From: Octopus sinensis
Taxonomy: Eukaryota
Direction of reading: 5' to 3'
DNA length: 64,000 nucleotides
Assembly: GCF_006345805.1 (NCBI RefSeq)
Contig: NC_043006.1
Coordinates: forward strand, 1,364,001-1,428,000
Shown here: positions 1 to 12,800 of the stretch, piece by piece
Layout of the letters: each line of letters begins with the position of its first letter
Numbering within the stretch: the stretch's first letter is position 1
Translations under genes and position numbers: made by a program
Notes under the pieces: generated by a model
The model's input: the letters and a program-made list of their open reading frames with translations, nothing else
The model's database searches: none
Told to the model about the DNA's origin: nothing

Positions 1-106
1 TATATATATATATATACATACATATATATATCTATATAGATATATATATATCTATATATATATATATATAACATATATATATATATAATATATATATATA
101 TATTAC

Positions 107-138
<32 letters not shown>

Positions 139-249
139 ATATATTAGAGACAAAACATATATATATATATATATATATATACATATTAAATATTATTAGA
201 GACAAAACATATATATATATAATATTATATATATATATTATAATATATA

Positions 250-280
<31 letters not shown>

Positions 281-318
281 CATATAAAATATTATTAGAG
301 ACAAAACATATATATATA

Positions 319-349
<31 letters not shown>

Positions 350-450
350 GATAGATATATATATATATATATCTATATATATATATACATATAATATATA
401 TATCATATATATATATATGTATATAATATATATTATGTATATATATATAT

Positions 451-505
<55 letters not shown>

Positions 506-510
506 GTATA

Positions 511-543
<33 letters not shown>

Positions 544-691
544 ATATATATAATATATTATATTATATATACATATATAATATATATCTATATTATATCT
601 ATATATATATATATATATATATGTATATCTATATATATATATATACAATATATTATATATATTAATATATATATCTATATATATATATCTA

Positions 692-733
<42 letters not shown>

Positions 734-793
734 CTATATATATTCTATATATATATATATATCTATATACATATATCTATATATACATATATA

Positions 794-831
<38 letters not shown>

Positions 832-942
832 ATATATATATATATCATATATATATATATATCTCTATATATATATATATATTATATATATACATATATT
901 ATATATATATATACATATCTATATATATACATATACATATAT

Positions 943-974
<32 letters not shown>

Positions 975-1094
975 CATATACATATTATATACATATATAT
1001 ATATATAATATATATATCTATACATATACCTATATATATATACATATATATATATATACATATACATATATAATATATATATATATATATCATA

Positions 1095-1145
<51 letters not shown>

Positions 1146-1240
1146 ATATATTATATATATACATATATATATATATATCTATATATATATACATATACAT
1201 ATAATATATATATATTATAATATATATACATATATATATG

Positions 1241-1280
<40 letters not shown>

Positions 1281-1442
1281 TTATACATATATATATATAT
1301 ATCTACATATATATATATATATAGATATATATATATATAGTATATATATATATTATATTATATATATATATATATTATATATGTATATATATCTATATAT
1401 GTATATATATATATATATATTATATATGTATATATATATATA

Positions 1443-1477
<35 letters not shown>

Positions 1478-1478
1478 A

Positions 1479-1517
<39 letters not shown>

Positions 1518-2190
1518 TATGTCTATATATCTATATATATAATATATATAATCTATATATATATAATATAATATATATATATAATTATATATATATAATA
1601 ATATATATATATAATATATATACATATATATATGTATTCATGAACATATAAATATGTTTTCGTGTATTCATATGCATATAAATGTTATATATACATATAT
1701 ATATATAGTATATATATATATATTATATATATATATATATATTATATATATATATTATACATATACATATATAATATATATATAATATATACATATATAT
1801 ATATATATAATATATATATATATTATAATATATATACATATAATATATATATATATATAATAATATATATATATATATAATATACATATATATATATATA
1901 TATATACATATAAAATATTATAGAGACAAAACATATATATATATATATATATTATATGTATATATATAATATATAATATATTATATATATACATATTATA
2001 TATATATATATATATACATTATATATATATATATATATATGATATATATATATATATATATATATTGTATATATATATATATATATGATATATATATATA
2101 TATATATATATCTATATTATATACATATATATATTATATATATGTATTATATATATGTTATATATATATATATATGTATAATATATACAT

Positions 2191-2234
<44 letters not shown>

Positions 2235-2322
2235 GTATATATATATATATATAATTATATATATATATATAATATAATATATGTATATATATATAATATA
2301 TATTATATATATCTATATATAC

Positions 2323-2361
<39 letters not shown>

Positions 2362-2396
2362 ATATATATATAGATATATATATATATATATATTAC

Positions 2397-2434
<38 letters not shown>

Positions 2435-2436
2435 AT

Positions 2437-2468
<32 letters not shown>

Positions 2469-2572
2469 ACATATATTATATATATATTACATATATATAT
2501 ATTATATACATATATATATATAATATACATATATATATATATATACAATATATATATATATATATATATATG

Positions 2573-2603
<31 letters not shown>

Positions 2604-2605
2604 TA

Positions 2606-2636
<31 letters not shown>

Positions 2637-2908
2637 ATATATACATTATATATATATATATACATATACATATATCTATATATATATATAACATATATAT
2701 ATATAATTATATATATATATATAATATACATATATATATAATATATATATACATAATATATATATATACATTATATATATATAACATATATATATATAAT
2801 ATATACATATATATATACATATTATATATCTATATATATACTTATACATATACATATGTATACATATATACGCACACATAAAATATGTATGTATGTATGT
2901 ATGTATAT
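1..2908. repeat. Long degenerate (TA)n microsatellite array
   Basis: Nearly pure TA alternation with scattered C/G. The overlapping Y/I-rich ORFs are artefacts. Confidence 0.97.
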
Positions 2909-3354
2909 TCAATTTGGTGCATTGTAGTTTTTTTCTTTCTTTCTTTCTTTTTTATTCTCAAGCAATTTTAAGACTTGATTTTCGATGCAGAAAAATATTT
3001 GTTTTTAAAATTCTGGCAGAAAGCCATTGATCTATAAATAAGGTGGTGAGGGAGTCATCACTTGGTTCTCATAACTCTCTCAACGACATTAGCATCAATC
3101 TATGTCTTCAAAATCTGGCATAGAACTGCAAATGTGTTGGGGACGGCTACAGTCGATAAGTATCGATTCTATTCTAATACTACTACTGATTTTATCGATC
3201 CTCTGGAAATGGAAGGCCAAAGTGGACCTACGGTGGGATTTAAATTGAAGGATTAAAGTAAATAATTATTTTCAATTATGGTGCAAAGCCAGCAATTTAG
3301 TTGGGAGACACCAGTATTTAACTGGTACTTTATCGACCAAGTAATGATGAAATT

Positions 3355-3630
3355 CAACGGAACAGCCTGCTTGTGAAATTAACGTGTAAGTGACTGAGCA
3401 ATCCACAAACACGTGTACCCCTAACGTAATTCTCAGGGAGATTCAGCGTGACACAGAGTGTGACAAAGTTGGCTCTTTTGAAATACAGGTACAACTCATT
3501 TCTGCCAGCTGAGTGGCCTGGAGCAACGTGAAATAAAGTGTCTTGCTCAAGGACACAACGCGTCGCCGGGAATTGAACTCACGACCTTACAATCGTGAGC
3601 TGAATGCCCTAACCACTAAGCCACGCGCCT
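3355..3630 (-). mobile_element. tRNA-headed SINE, family C, tail type 1
   Basis: The reverse complement begins GGCGCGTGGCTTAGTGG (A box), then GAGTTCAATTCC (B box) and a GTTGTGTCCTTGAGCAAGACACTT core. Confidence 0.8.
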
Positions 3631-3644
3631 TAACTAAATTGTAA

Positions 3645-3980
3645 AGACGCATGGCTCAGTGGTTAGAGCGTCGAGCTTACGATCGTGAGGTTGTGAGCTC
3701 GAATCCCGGACCGGGCTGCGGATTGTGTTCGTGAGCAAGACATTTTGTTTCACGTTGCTCCAGTTCACTCAGCTGCAGAAATGAGTTGCGACGTCACAGG
3801 CGCCAAGCTGTTTCGGCCCCTTTGCCTTTCCCTCGGATAACATCAGTGGCGTGGAGAGGAGAGGCCGGTATGCATGGGTGACTGCTGGTCTTCCATAAAC
3901 AACCGTGCCCGGACTTGTGCCTGGGAGGGTAACTTTCTAGGTGCAATCCCATGTTCTGTGTCGTGACTGAAGGGGGTCTC
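3645..3980 (+). mobile_element. tRNA-headed SINE, family C, tail type 2
   Basis: TGGCTCAGTGG A box, GCTCGAATCCC B box and a TTGTGTTCGTGAGCAAGACA core shared with the adjacent minus-strand copy. Confidence 0.8.
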
Positions 3981-4114
3981 AGAAAGATGAAATTAATGTT
4001 GATCTAAGCGGGATTTGATCTCAGAACATAAAAAGTCGGAAAAATATCGCAAGGTACTTTTGCCCGAGGCTCTATAAAAATAATAATTCTTTCTAATGTT
4101 GAAACAAGGCCAGC

Positions 4115-4290
4115 AATTTTAGAGGCAGGGGTCAAGTCGATTACATCTACCCCAGCACTTGTAATTCATCTCGTCAACCCCAAGAGGAGGAAAGACAAAG
4201 TTGACCTCAATGATATTCGATCTTAGAACGTAAACAACCGGAAGAAACGTCACTAAGTATTTTGTCCGACGCACTAATGGTTCCGCCTTG
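4115..4290 (-). mobile_element. Degenerate SINE family B copy
   Basis: Matches the family B consensus (aaagacaaagttgacctc, cagaacgtaa, gcactaatggttccgcc). Confidence 0.6.
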
Positions 4291-4930
4291 GTGAAGAAAA
4301 TAATGTACGATATAGTCCGATACATTTGTCCCGTTTTTCCACTTCTCATCTTTGACCGGTCGAACTGCTAGAAAGAGCAACCAAATTTTCCTCAAATTAA
4401 AGCCTACCCTACTAAATAAGAAATGCATAGTGTGTAATGTTGTCCTATATATGTAAGGTCTGTATAAAATAAGACAACGTTGTCGTGGTTTGAACTTGGA
4501 ACGTTGTTACTTCAGGGTAGATTCTGAGGTCAAACAGCAACAAAACAGAATTAATGATTTGGTAGTTGAGTTTATCGAGGCTACAGCGTAAAATAGGAGT
4601 GTCTAGTTAGCGCGTGGTAGAATACTAATTCTGTCCGTACCACTCCTGGGAGTAGAGATAATTATTTCTAAGTTTGGCACAAGGCCAAACATCGTATGAG
4701 AAACGGAGTGATCGATTAAAGCAAATGAAAGCATGACAAATAAATGTTATCAACGTCCTAATAATAATTTCTAACATCGCACAAATCCTTGCTTTGGGGG
4801 GCTGCAGCTCATTATAAGAAATCCCAATATTTAAATGGGTCTTCTGCTGTCAGCGGGGCGGAGAAGCAAAGTCAAAGCCTGCAGAATTTGATATATAGAA
4901 CTGAAAGAAACATACCCAATGCCCTTAAAA

Positions 4931-5133
4931 ATAGAGGGGACAAACAATGACAGACAAACGGATTAAGTCGATTATATCGACTCCAGTGCGTAACTGGTAC
5001 TTATTTAATCGACCTCGAAAGGATGAAAAGCAAAGTCGACCTCGGCAGAATTTGAAGTCAGAACGTAGCGGCAGACGAAATACAGCTACGCATTTCGTCC
5101 GGTGTGCTAACGATTCTGCCAGCTCGCCGCCTC
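4931..5133 (-). mobile_element. SINE family B
   Basis: Reverse complement of GGCGGCGAGCTGGCAGAATCGTTAGCAC...GTCGACTTTGCTTTTCATCCTTTCG; multiple copies in the window. Confidence 0.85.
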
Positions 5134-5780
5134 ACTTAACTAAAAATGAATGCAATGCCAATGTTTGTGCAACTGTCACATATTTGGTGTTTTACTGAGT
5201 TTCCAAGAATGGAAAGAGGCTGCCTTGTATTCAGCGATTTGGCCTGACTGCTTTTGCAACGCTATCGACTCCGTGAAGGGCAGAAGAATGACCAAATGGC
5301 GACTGCAAGTTTCAAATTTCTTACTATTTTGTGAGGTAAGCTTTTTTACTAATTCTACTGTCCACCAACAGTTTTGTCCGGTGCCCTACTCATTCTATCA
5401 TCGCAGAGTAGATTTCACTATATTATATAATTAATTTTGCAACGGGCAAGGTGTGGTGGAAGACAAAATGAGAACATCGGGTAAAGGGCTCAGCTGATTC
5501 TGCCGTCCACTTCAACTTGCCACAATTGTAAAACAATAAAAAACATTACGGGGTCGCACATGTTGATCCTGTCGTCCCTCACCAATAAAAAAAACATTAA
5601 CCGTTTTTCGCAAGTAGTTATGATGTAGTAATATGTACCAAGTTTTCGCTACTTGTTATGGATACCTATGAAGCTGCAAGCAGACATAGGCAGCCTCTTT
5701 CCATTCTTGGAAACTCAGTAAAACACCTAATATGTGACAGTTGCACAAACATTGGCATTGCATTCATTTTCAGTTCAGTG

Positions 5781-6180
5781 AGGCGGCGAGCTGGCAGAAT
5801 CGTTAGCACACCGGGCGAAATGCGTAGCGGTATTTCGTCTGCCGCTACGTTCTGTGTTCAAATTCCGCCAAGGTCAACTTTGCCTTTTAACCTTTCGGGG
5901 TCGATTAAATAAGTGCCAGTTACGCACTGGGGTCGATATAATCGACTCAATCCGTTTGTCTGTCCTTGTTTGTCCCCTCTATGTTTAGCTCCTTGTGGGT
6001 AGTAAAGAAATAAGTATTTCGTCCGTCTTCATGCTCTGAGTTCAAATTCCGCCGAGGTCGACTTTGCTTTCATCCTTTCAGGGTCGATAAAATAAGTAGT
6101 AGCTGAGTATTGGGGTCGATGTAATCGACGTACTCCCTCCTCCGAAATTGCTGGCCTTGTACCAAAATCTGAAATCAATA
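5781..6180 (+). mobile_element. SINE family B with a tandem partial second unit
   Basis: Full copy 5781-6012 ending AAAGAAATA, followed directly by a restart at the internal GTATTTCGTC motif. Confidence 0.85.
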
Positions 6181-6561
6181 TTTTAGGGCACATAGATTGC
6201 TGGCAGGAAAAGAGACAGTTGTACTCAGATTGGAGTTGGGGGTTTAGCTTGAATGTTTACAACGCAGTCGCTTCCGTTATAGTCACCCAAGGGTCAAGCG
6301 GTGACTACAGAGCTTGAATTTCTTATTTACTTATTATGTGAGAAAATTATTCAGCATAAAATCGCCATCTTGTTCCAGACGCACACTTAACATTATGTCG
6401 AAATTATCGTTGCAGCATTAAGAGAATTGAACGTTGGCCGAAAAACAGCAAATCGATTGATGAGTGAATAAAATATTATCTCATATTTAAATCAATCAGT
6501 TCTTATTGCATTATGCTTCACATGTACGTTTGTGTGTATGTGTCTATATATACATATGCAA

Positions 6562-6601
<40 letters not shown>

Positions 6602-6841
6602 CAATATGTGTGTGTATATACAAGCGTGTGTGATATATGTGTGTATGTGTGCGCACAAACTTATATAGGCGAGCACACTCGTTGACCACTTTGCTCGGTA
6701 CTGGATAAACCTGACAGACAGGCTATCGAATGAACAATTTGCGTTTATGAAGAATGCATGTGGATATGCATAAGTGTATGAATAAACAAATATATCTAAG
6801 TGCGTGTGTCTGTGTGTCTGTGTGCCAAAGACGGACCAACC

Positions 6842-6908
<67 letters not shown>

Positions 6909-6909
6909 T

Positions 6910-6944
<35 letters not shown>

Positions 6945-6958
6945 TGATTGATTGATTA
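6842..6958. repeat. (GATA)n/(GACA)n microsatellite
   Basis: Direct inspection. Confidence 0.95.
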
Positions 6959-8214
6959 ACGTCATTCTTTAAGAGATTGAGCATAATACAGAATGTGACG
7001 GGCTGGCCCTTTGAATTACAGGTGCAACGGACAGGAACAACGCGAAATAAAGTGTTTTGCTGAATGACACAACACGCCACTGGGTATTGAACACGCGACC
7101 TTACGATCATACATACATACATGCCTGCATGTATGCATGTATGCATGTATGCATGTATGTATGTATGTATGTATGTACGCATCAATAATATACTGCAATA
7201 GGTCTTTATAAAACCATGCCAAATATCACGCACTATGTTTGAAGATCTCCTTCAATAATCCCATCCGTGGAAACAAATATTGTCAGTATTGTTCAATGTA
7301 ATAATTTAACCAGTGTCTACTGCAGCCTAGGAAGGGTTGGTAAATTGACCCGAATATCTGGACATATACCCAGCTATTCAAATATCTGGATTTTTATTAA
7401 AATATTCTCAATTTTAGCCTAAATCTCAATGTGCTGAAACTGCTTTTATTTTATTTTGTAAGTACTCGGTTAAGTATGCTGAACTTAACCTTTCCAGGAA
7501 ATATAACAATCAATATTATTTTCTATGGAGATAAGTAGTCAACGCTCCTTTTGTAAAGTTTAACATTGCAGTTTTTATGACTGAATGAGAATTTGATTTA
7601 TAACATGATAATGTTTGAACAAAGAAGCAACATTTGAGATAACGGATTAAAAGCTTTTGTTTGATGTATTATTGTTCTCCGTATGATAATAAAATATAAC
7701 TATTTTCTCTGATATTCTATCACTAACATGATATAATATTGATTTATTTTGACACGGACAGACAAACTTTGAAAGAAGCTGTTTGCAAGTAAATTGAGAC
7801 ATTCACCCACATGAAGAATTTATAATGCAAAGGTTTGGGTATTTAAGCTCACAATCGTTTAACAGCCTTCTAAAATTGCTAGGGAATATCCCTTGAAACG
7901 CCTAAAGGTTATCTAGAAACCCGTTTCGGGCATCTGCAAAAGATTAAAACAAAACTAGAGCGCACTGTGTAAGCTAGCATTGATAGCAACTGGTAATAGT
8001 GCTGATTGAAAGATGCTTCAACTTAGTAACTCAGTCTGAAGGGGTCAACCAGAACCTCAAAATTTTATTACATTATTACATAAAGCTGAAGTTGTCTGCG
8101 TATGGCAGGCTTGGTAGCCTTCAACTAACATTATCTCCTCCGAGACCCTGCGGTGCAAGTTGACCAAAATTGAGAGTATGATAGAAGAAGGCTTGCTCTT
8201 CCTTCCGTAGAAGA

Positions 8215-8462
8215 AAAAAATCAAATCGGATAATGTTAACACCAAAAATTATTTACATCACAAAGGTGCTTTTTTTTTCTATGAAAATCCCTATTTTTTA
8301 TGATTTTTTTACTGCTGTGTCACCATTTTTCGGTGTATTTCAACCAGAAAAATGTTCACTTAAAGAGAATAACAAGCTACATAAGGCAAAATTTTTACTT
8401 TTCAAAAATTCCAAATCTAAAGGGTCGAAACAAACCCGAGCAACGCCAGGTGATACTGCTAG
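8215..8462 (+). mobile_element. Helitron 3' fragment
   Basis: Ends AAACCCGAGCAACGCCAGGTGATACTGCTAG|T, nearly identical to the 3' end of the 29237-29751 Helitron. The 5' limit is approximate. Confidence 0.6.
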
Positions 8463-9098
8463 TAATTCATATAGGCATAGGGCCTCTTTTAGTCAGATTT
8501 CCCAATGCATCTGCACATGTATATGAGGGACTGAGCAAATTCTTAAGTCTCTTTTCTCTACAATTCTTGTTTATCCAAGGTTCACCTATTAAGGCCGATA
8601 TAGCTTGACCTCTGTGTTGTTGTAGGCGTGGCTGTCAAAACTCAATAAATCCGGAGCAAACACTGCATGGACTGAAAATCTCTGGATTGAAATCGTTTAT
8701 TCGACCTTGATAGGAAGAAAGATAAAACTCATCTTGCTAGAATTTGAATACAAAGGGCAGAGAACCAGAACAAATATTGTGAAGCATCCTCTCTAACAGT
8801 CATAAAATTCCCCGCTTTGGTTTATATTTAGATTGTGACTTAACTGACAATTAACTACAATTAAAATTAACAAATTAGACCTAATCATTATAAAACGATC
8901 GTTAGTTACACAAGAATATTGTTATTTAATACTTATGCTTAAGTGTTAATTATAATAAGAATTCATTATTGACTTTTCTTAATTAGGTGGCATGTTTTGT
9001 TTTACTCATGACTGCGTTATGTGCTGTATTTCGCCAAGCACGATTGCTGCATAGTTAAATCTGCCTTGTCCAGAGTATGTAGAGCAGAGCAGTGTTAT

Positions 9099-9205
<107 letters not shown>

Positions 9206-9219
9206 TTTTTATATATACA

Positions 9220-9563
9220 TGTGTTAAGAGGGATTCTTTGGGGGGTTTGAATAATTCACCTCTGCAAACATGGGTGTTTCGTTCAACATCCTTAAACAAC
9301 CCTTATTCAAGAACCTTTTCAGCGGGATGGGTTACTGGACCGGAAGAAAATTCTAACTGGGCCCCACCTGCAAGGTCATGCGCTGTTTATCTTGATATGA
9401 GATCACCATGTCGCGCACATATGGTTGTGATGCATATGCCTAGTGTACCCTTATCAGACTGGTAGTCATGATGGGTATACTGAGCTTCATATATTTTACC
9501 CCGGTGTCACTTTGCTGGCATGCACTGCTCTCTCACTCAATAATAATGTTAATAATAATAATC

Positions 9564-9598
<35 letters not shown>
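9220..9598 (+). mobile_element. (TAA)n-tailed retroposon, 5'-truncated (family E)
   Basis: Homologous to 56620-57140 and 60389-60957; ends CACTGCTCTCTCACTCAATAATAAT. Confidence 0.75.
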
Positions 9599-9599
<1 letters not shown>

Positions 9600-10359
9600 T
9601 CTTGTGATACCCTTGACAATTGGTTGTTGTCTGCTCTTACAGAATCAGACGGTGCAGGTGGAATCGGGAGCTCTCAGAAGTGAAATGTACAACAATAATT
9701 ATAATTCATGATGATGATGATGATGAGGAGGAGGAGGAGGAGGAGGAGGAGGAGGAGGAGGAGGATAGTGATTATGATTATAATGATAATACGGCTGCTG
9801 CTGCTGCTAAGATAGTGCTTTGCTTGGAGACACAGATCAAAAGCAAAACTCTACGCAATGACCAGATTAACTTGCGTCTGTCCGTTAAGTTTCTATAAAA
9901 CAGTTGAAGTTCAGCGTTGGCTGTGAGAAAAGTCATGACTCCCCTGACACTTAACATACACATCGTGACGTCAACACAGAATAATAAGAACAGAATAAAT
10001 ATCAAAGGTTACATAGACAGGGGATGGAATGAGAGAGAGTGTTTGTTTGTATCGTTTTTATTTCTTTTCTTTTCCTGTGGTTCTGTCTGAACGTGAGGTT
10101 TGAATGATATTCACACAGTATACAAATTATGTTTTATACAGAATTCTATTTCATTTAGATCGGAAGTCGGCAGAGGGGTTCAATATTGAACCCCACCCCA
10201 CCTTGGAGAAGAATTTTTTTAGCTCTCCTAAGGATCGATAAACGCTTGGAACGATTTGAGCATTGAAGGTAGTCTAGTAATTATTATTAATTATTAGACT
10301 ACCCGTAACCTGTTGGGTCACCAATAGCTCAAGGTACCCGAAAAAAACAGGTATCCCGA

Positions 10360-10660
10360 GAACCTGTGATCTTATTTACGCGAAACTTGTTTTATTCCGT
10401 TTGTATTCACATTTCAATGACACCTTACTTTCAGAGTATTTTCCCATTACGTGCCGGGTTGGCTTCTTATAAAGGTGTTCACGGTAAAGGGCAATAACTC
10501 CAGGTTTCACTGCTTTAATTTCTGCAAACAAACCAAAAAAACCTGCGTATTTCGTGAATCTGTGGTCCGATTTACGTGAAACTTGTTTTATTCTGTTTGT
10601 ATTTACAATTCAGGGGATATCTTCCTTTGAGAGTATTTTCCCATTATCCGCCGGTTTGGC
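10360..10660. repeat. Diverged direct repeat, ~196-bp period
   Basis: GAACCTGTG...GAAACTTGTTTTATTC...GAGTATTTTCCCATTA at 10360 recurs at 10556. Confidence 0.7.
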
Positions 10661-11186
10661 CATATTAAATTACAGACAATCACGCAAGCAAGCAAGCAAT
10701 CACAGAGTTTTGGTCGTATATAGATTAGCAAACTGAATCTAGAAAAACGCGGTTATATAACCCTTTAGAGTTGTTTTATGGTCAAACTGGCCAGATCCAG
10801 CCTCTCACACCTACTCTACATTGTCACTCTAAAAATAAAAGTCGTATCGCCAAAATCTAAAAGCTTCAAGATGATGTTTCATTAATTTAAAGCAAAATGA
10901 ATAAAAATTACATGCGACAGAATAATCTGAATACTAGAATTATGGTTAAAATTCAACAATTTCCTGCTAATTGACAATGCAATAATTAGTAGTCACCAAA
11001 TATTAAATGTTACGACTAAATTTTTATTGTTCTTTAACAATATTGTTGAGTAGTTTCATTAAATTTCTTTAAATATTTCTTATTAAAATATGGTAATGAC
11101 ACAAAAGAAGGAAAAAATTGTTTATAAATCAAGAAAGTTTTTATTAATTATTTGTTCTTAATTTTATTTTAGATATTTACATAATA

Positions 11187-11590
11187 GGCGCAGGTGTGGC
11201 TGTGTGGTAAGTAGCTTGCTTACGAACCACATGGTTCCGGGTTCAGTCCCACTGCGTGGCACCTTGGGCAAGTGTCTTGTACTATAGCCTCGGGCCGATC
11301 AAAGCCTTGTGAGTGGATTTGGTAGACGGAAACTGAAAGAAGCCCGTCGTATATATGTATATATATGTATGTATGTGTGTGTATATGTTTGTGTGTCTGC
11401 GTTTGTCCCCCCAACATCGCTTGATAACCGACGATGGTGTGTTCACGTCCCTGTAACTTAGCAGTTCGGCAAAAGAGACCGATAGAATAAGTACTAGGCT
11501 TCCAAAGAATAAGTTCTAGGGTCGATTTGCTCGACTAAAGGCGGTGCTCCAGTATGGCCGCAGTTAAATGAATGAAACAAGTAAAAGTGA
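11187..11590 (+). mobile_element. SINE family A (tRNA head, CORE-like segment, internal microsatellite)
   Basis: TGGCTGTGTGG A box, GGTTCAGTCCC B box, CACCTTGGGCAAGT core, internal (TA)/(TG) tract and a TGAAACAAGTAAAAG tail. Confidence 0.9.
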
Positions 11591-12334
11591 AATGGAAGTG
11601 GATAAGTTATCAACGATTCCATGAAGGAGACCAATGATGCAAGAATTTGCCTACCCTCACTCAGAATAAGTGAATTCGACGGTCAACTAAGTTTGAGCAG
11701 ATGTAAGCTACGAGGTCAATCTATAATTAACAACGCTTTCGTTAGTTTCCAGAACTATGCTCAGATCATCGAATAGATACAGCCTTGAGGGGAACTGAAG
11801 GTCTCCGTCAGGTTGGCTTACTCTAAATACGATACAATGAGTATGGCTTTGTATAATGGACGACGCTTTAGGTTCCGGTGTAATTGAGAGTTCATATAGA
11901 CACCCTTTTGGCTCTTCCACTCTTTACCCTGCGAAGCATTCAGGACATACGGGTGTAAAGAGAGAGAAAGCTACACTCGCAACTAAGTAGTCTTTAGTAA
12001 CGAGAAGTAAAGTGCCCTGCTCAAGGACACAAAGCGCATCCACCTTTTTATAATCCTTAACCGAACAGCCTAATAACTTGGGCCGCACGACATCACAATC
12101 CCAGATGTAAGGATCAAAACTCAGTCACCATTGCTCTGCAGCTCACGGATGCTCTGTTTTCTTTCATTGCACTGGGGTCGATGCAATCGACAACCCCCTA
12201 CCTCTCAAAACATCAGACCCCTATGCCCATAGTCGACTTTGCCTTTCATCACATAAAGTACCCGTTGAACTGTGGGGATCGATGTAACACACTCACAATT
12301 GCTGGCCTTATGCCAAAATGTTATTGATGTGCTG

Positions 12335-12562
12335 CTGGTGGTGGTGGTGGTGGTGGTGGTGTGCTGCTGCTACTGCTTCAGTTGTTGTTGTTGTTGTTGT
12401 TGTTGTTATTGATGACGATGATGATGATGATGACGACGACGACAACGATGACGACGACGACGACGACGATGACGATGATGATGACGACGACGACGACGAC
12501 GACGATGACGATGATGATGATGATGATGATGACGACGACGACGATGACGATGATGATGATGA

Positions 12563-12595
<33 letters not shown>

Positions 12596-12800
12596 TGATG
12601 ATGATGATGATGATATGATGATGATGATGATGACGACGACGACGATGACGACGACGACGACGATGATGACGACGACGACGATGATGATGACAATGATGAT
12701 GATGGTGACGACGACGACGATGATGACGACGACGACGATGATGATGACAATGATGACGACGACGACGACGACGATGACGATGATGATGATGATGATGATT
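12335..12800. repeat. Compound (GGT)/(GTT)/(GAT/GAC)n trinucleotide array
   Basis: Direct inspection; the poly-D/S/M/T ORFs are artefacts. Confidence 0.95.

Noticed and set aside
1-2912. Many Y/I-rich ORFs (also near 21-23 kb, 30-31 kb, 51 kb and 60-61 kb)
   Set aside because: They are translations of microsatellites with no coding signal.
3645-3720. tRNA-like sequences at SINE heads
   Set aside because: They continue directly into SINE core and tail, and no proper acceptor stem was seen, so they are not tRNA genes.
5205-5341. Possible host exon ending GAG|GTAAGC
   Set aside because: A good donor site but no recognisable peptide; it overlaps the inverted-repeat arm and has no transcript support.
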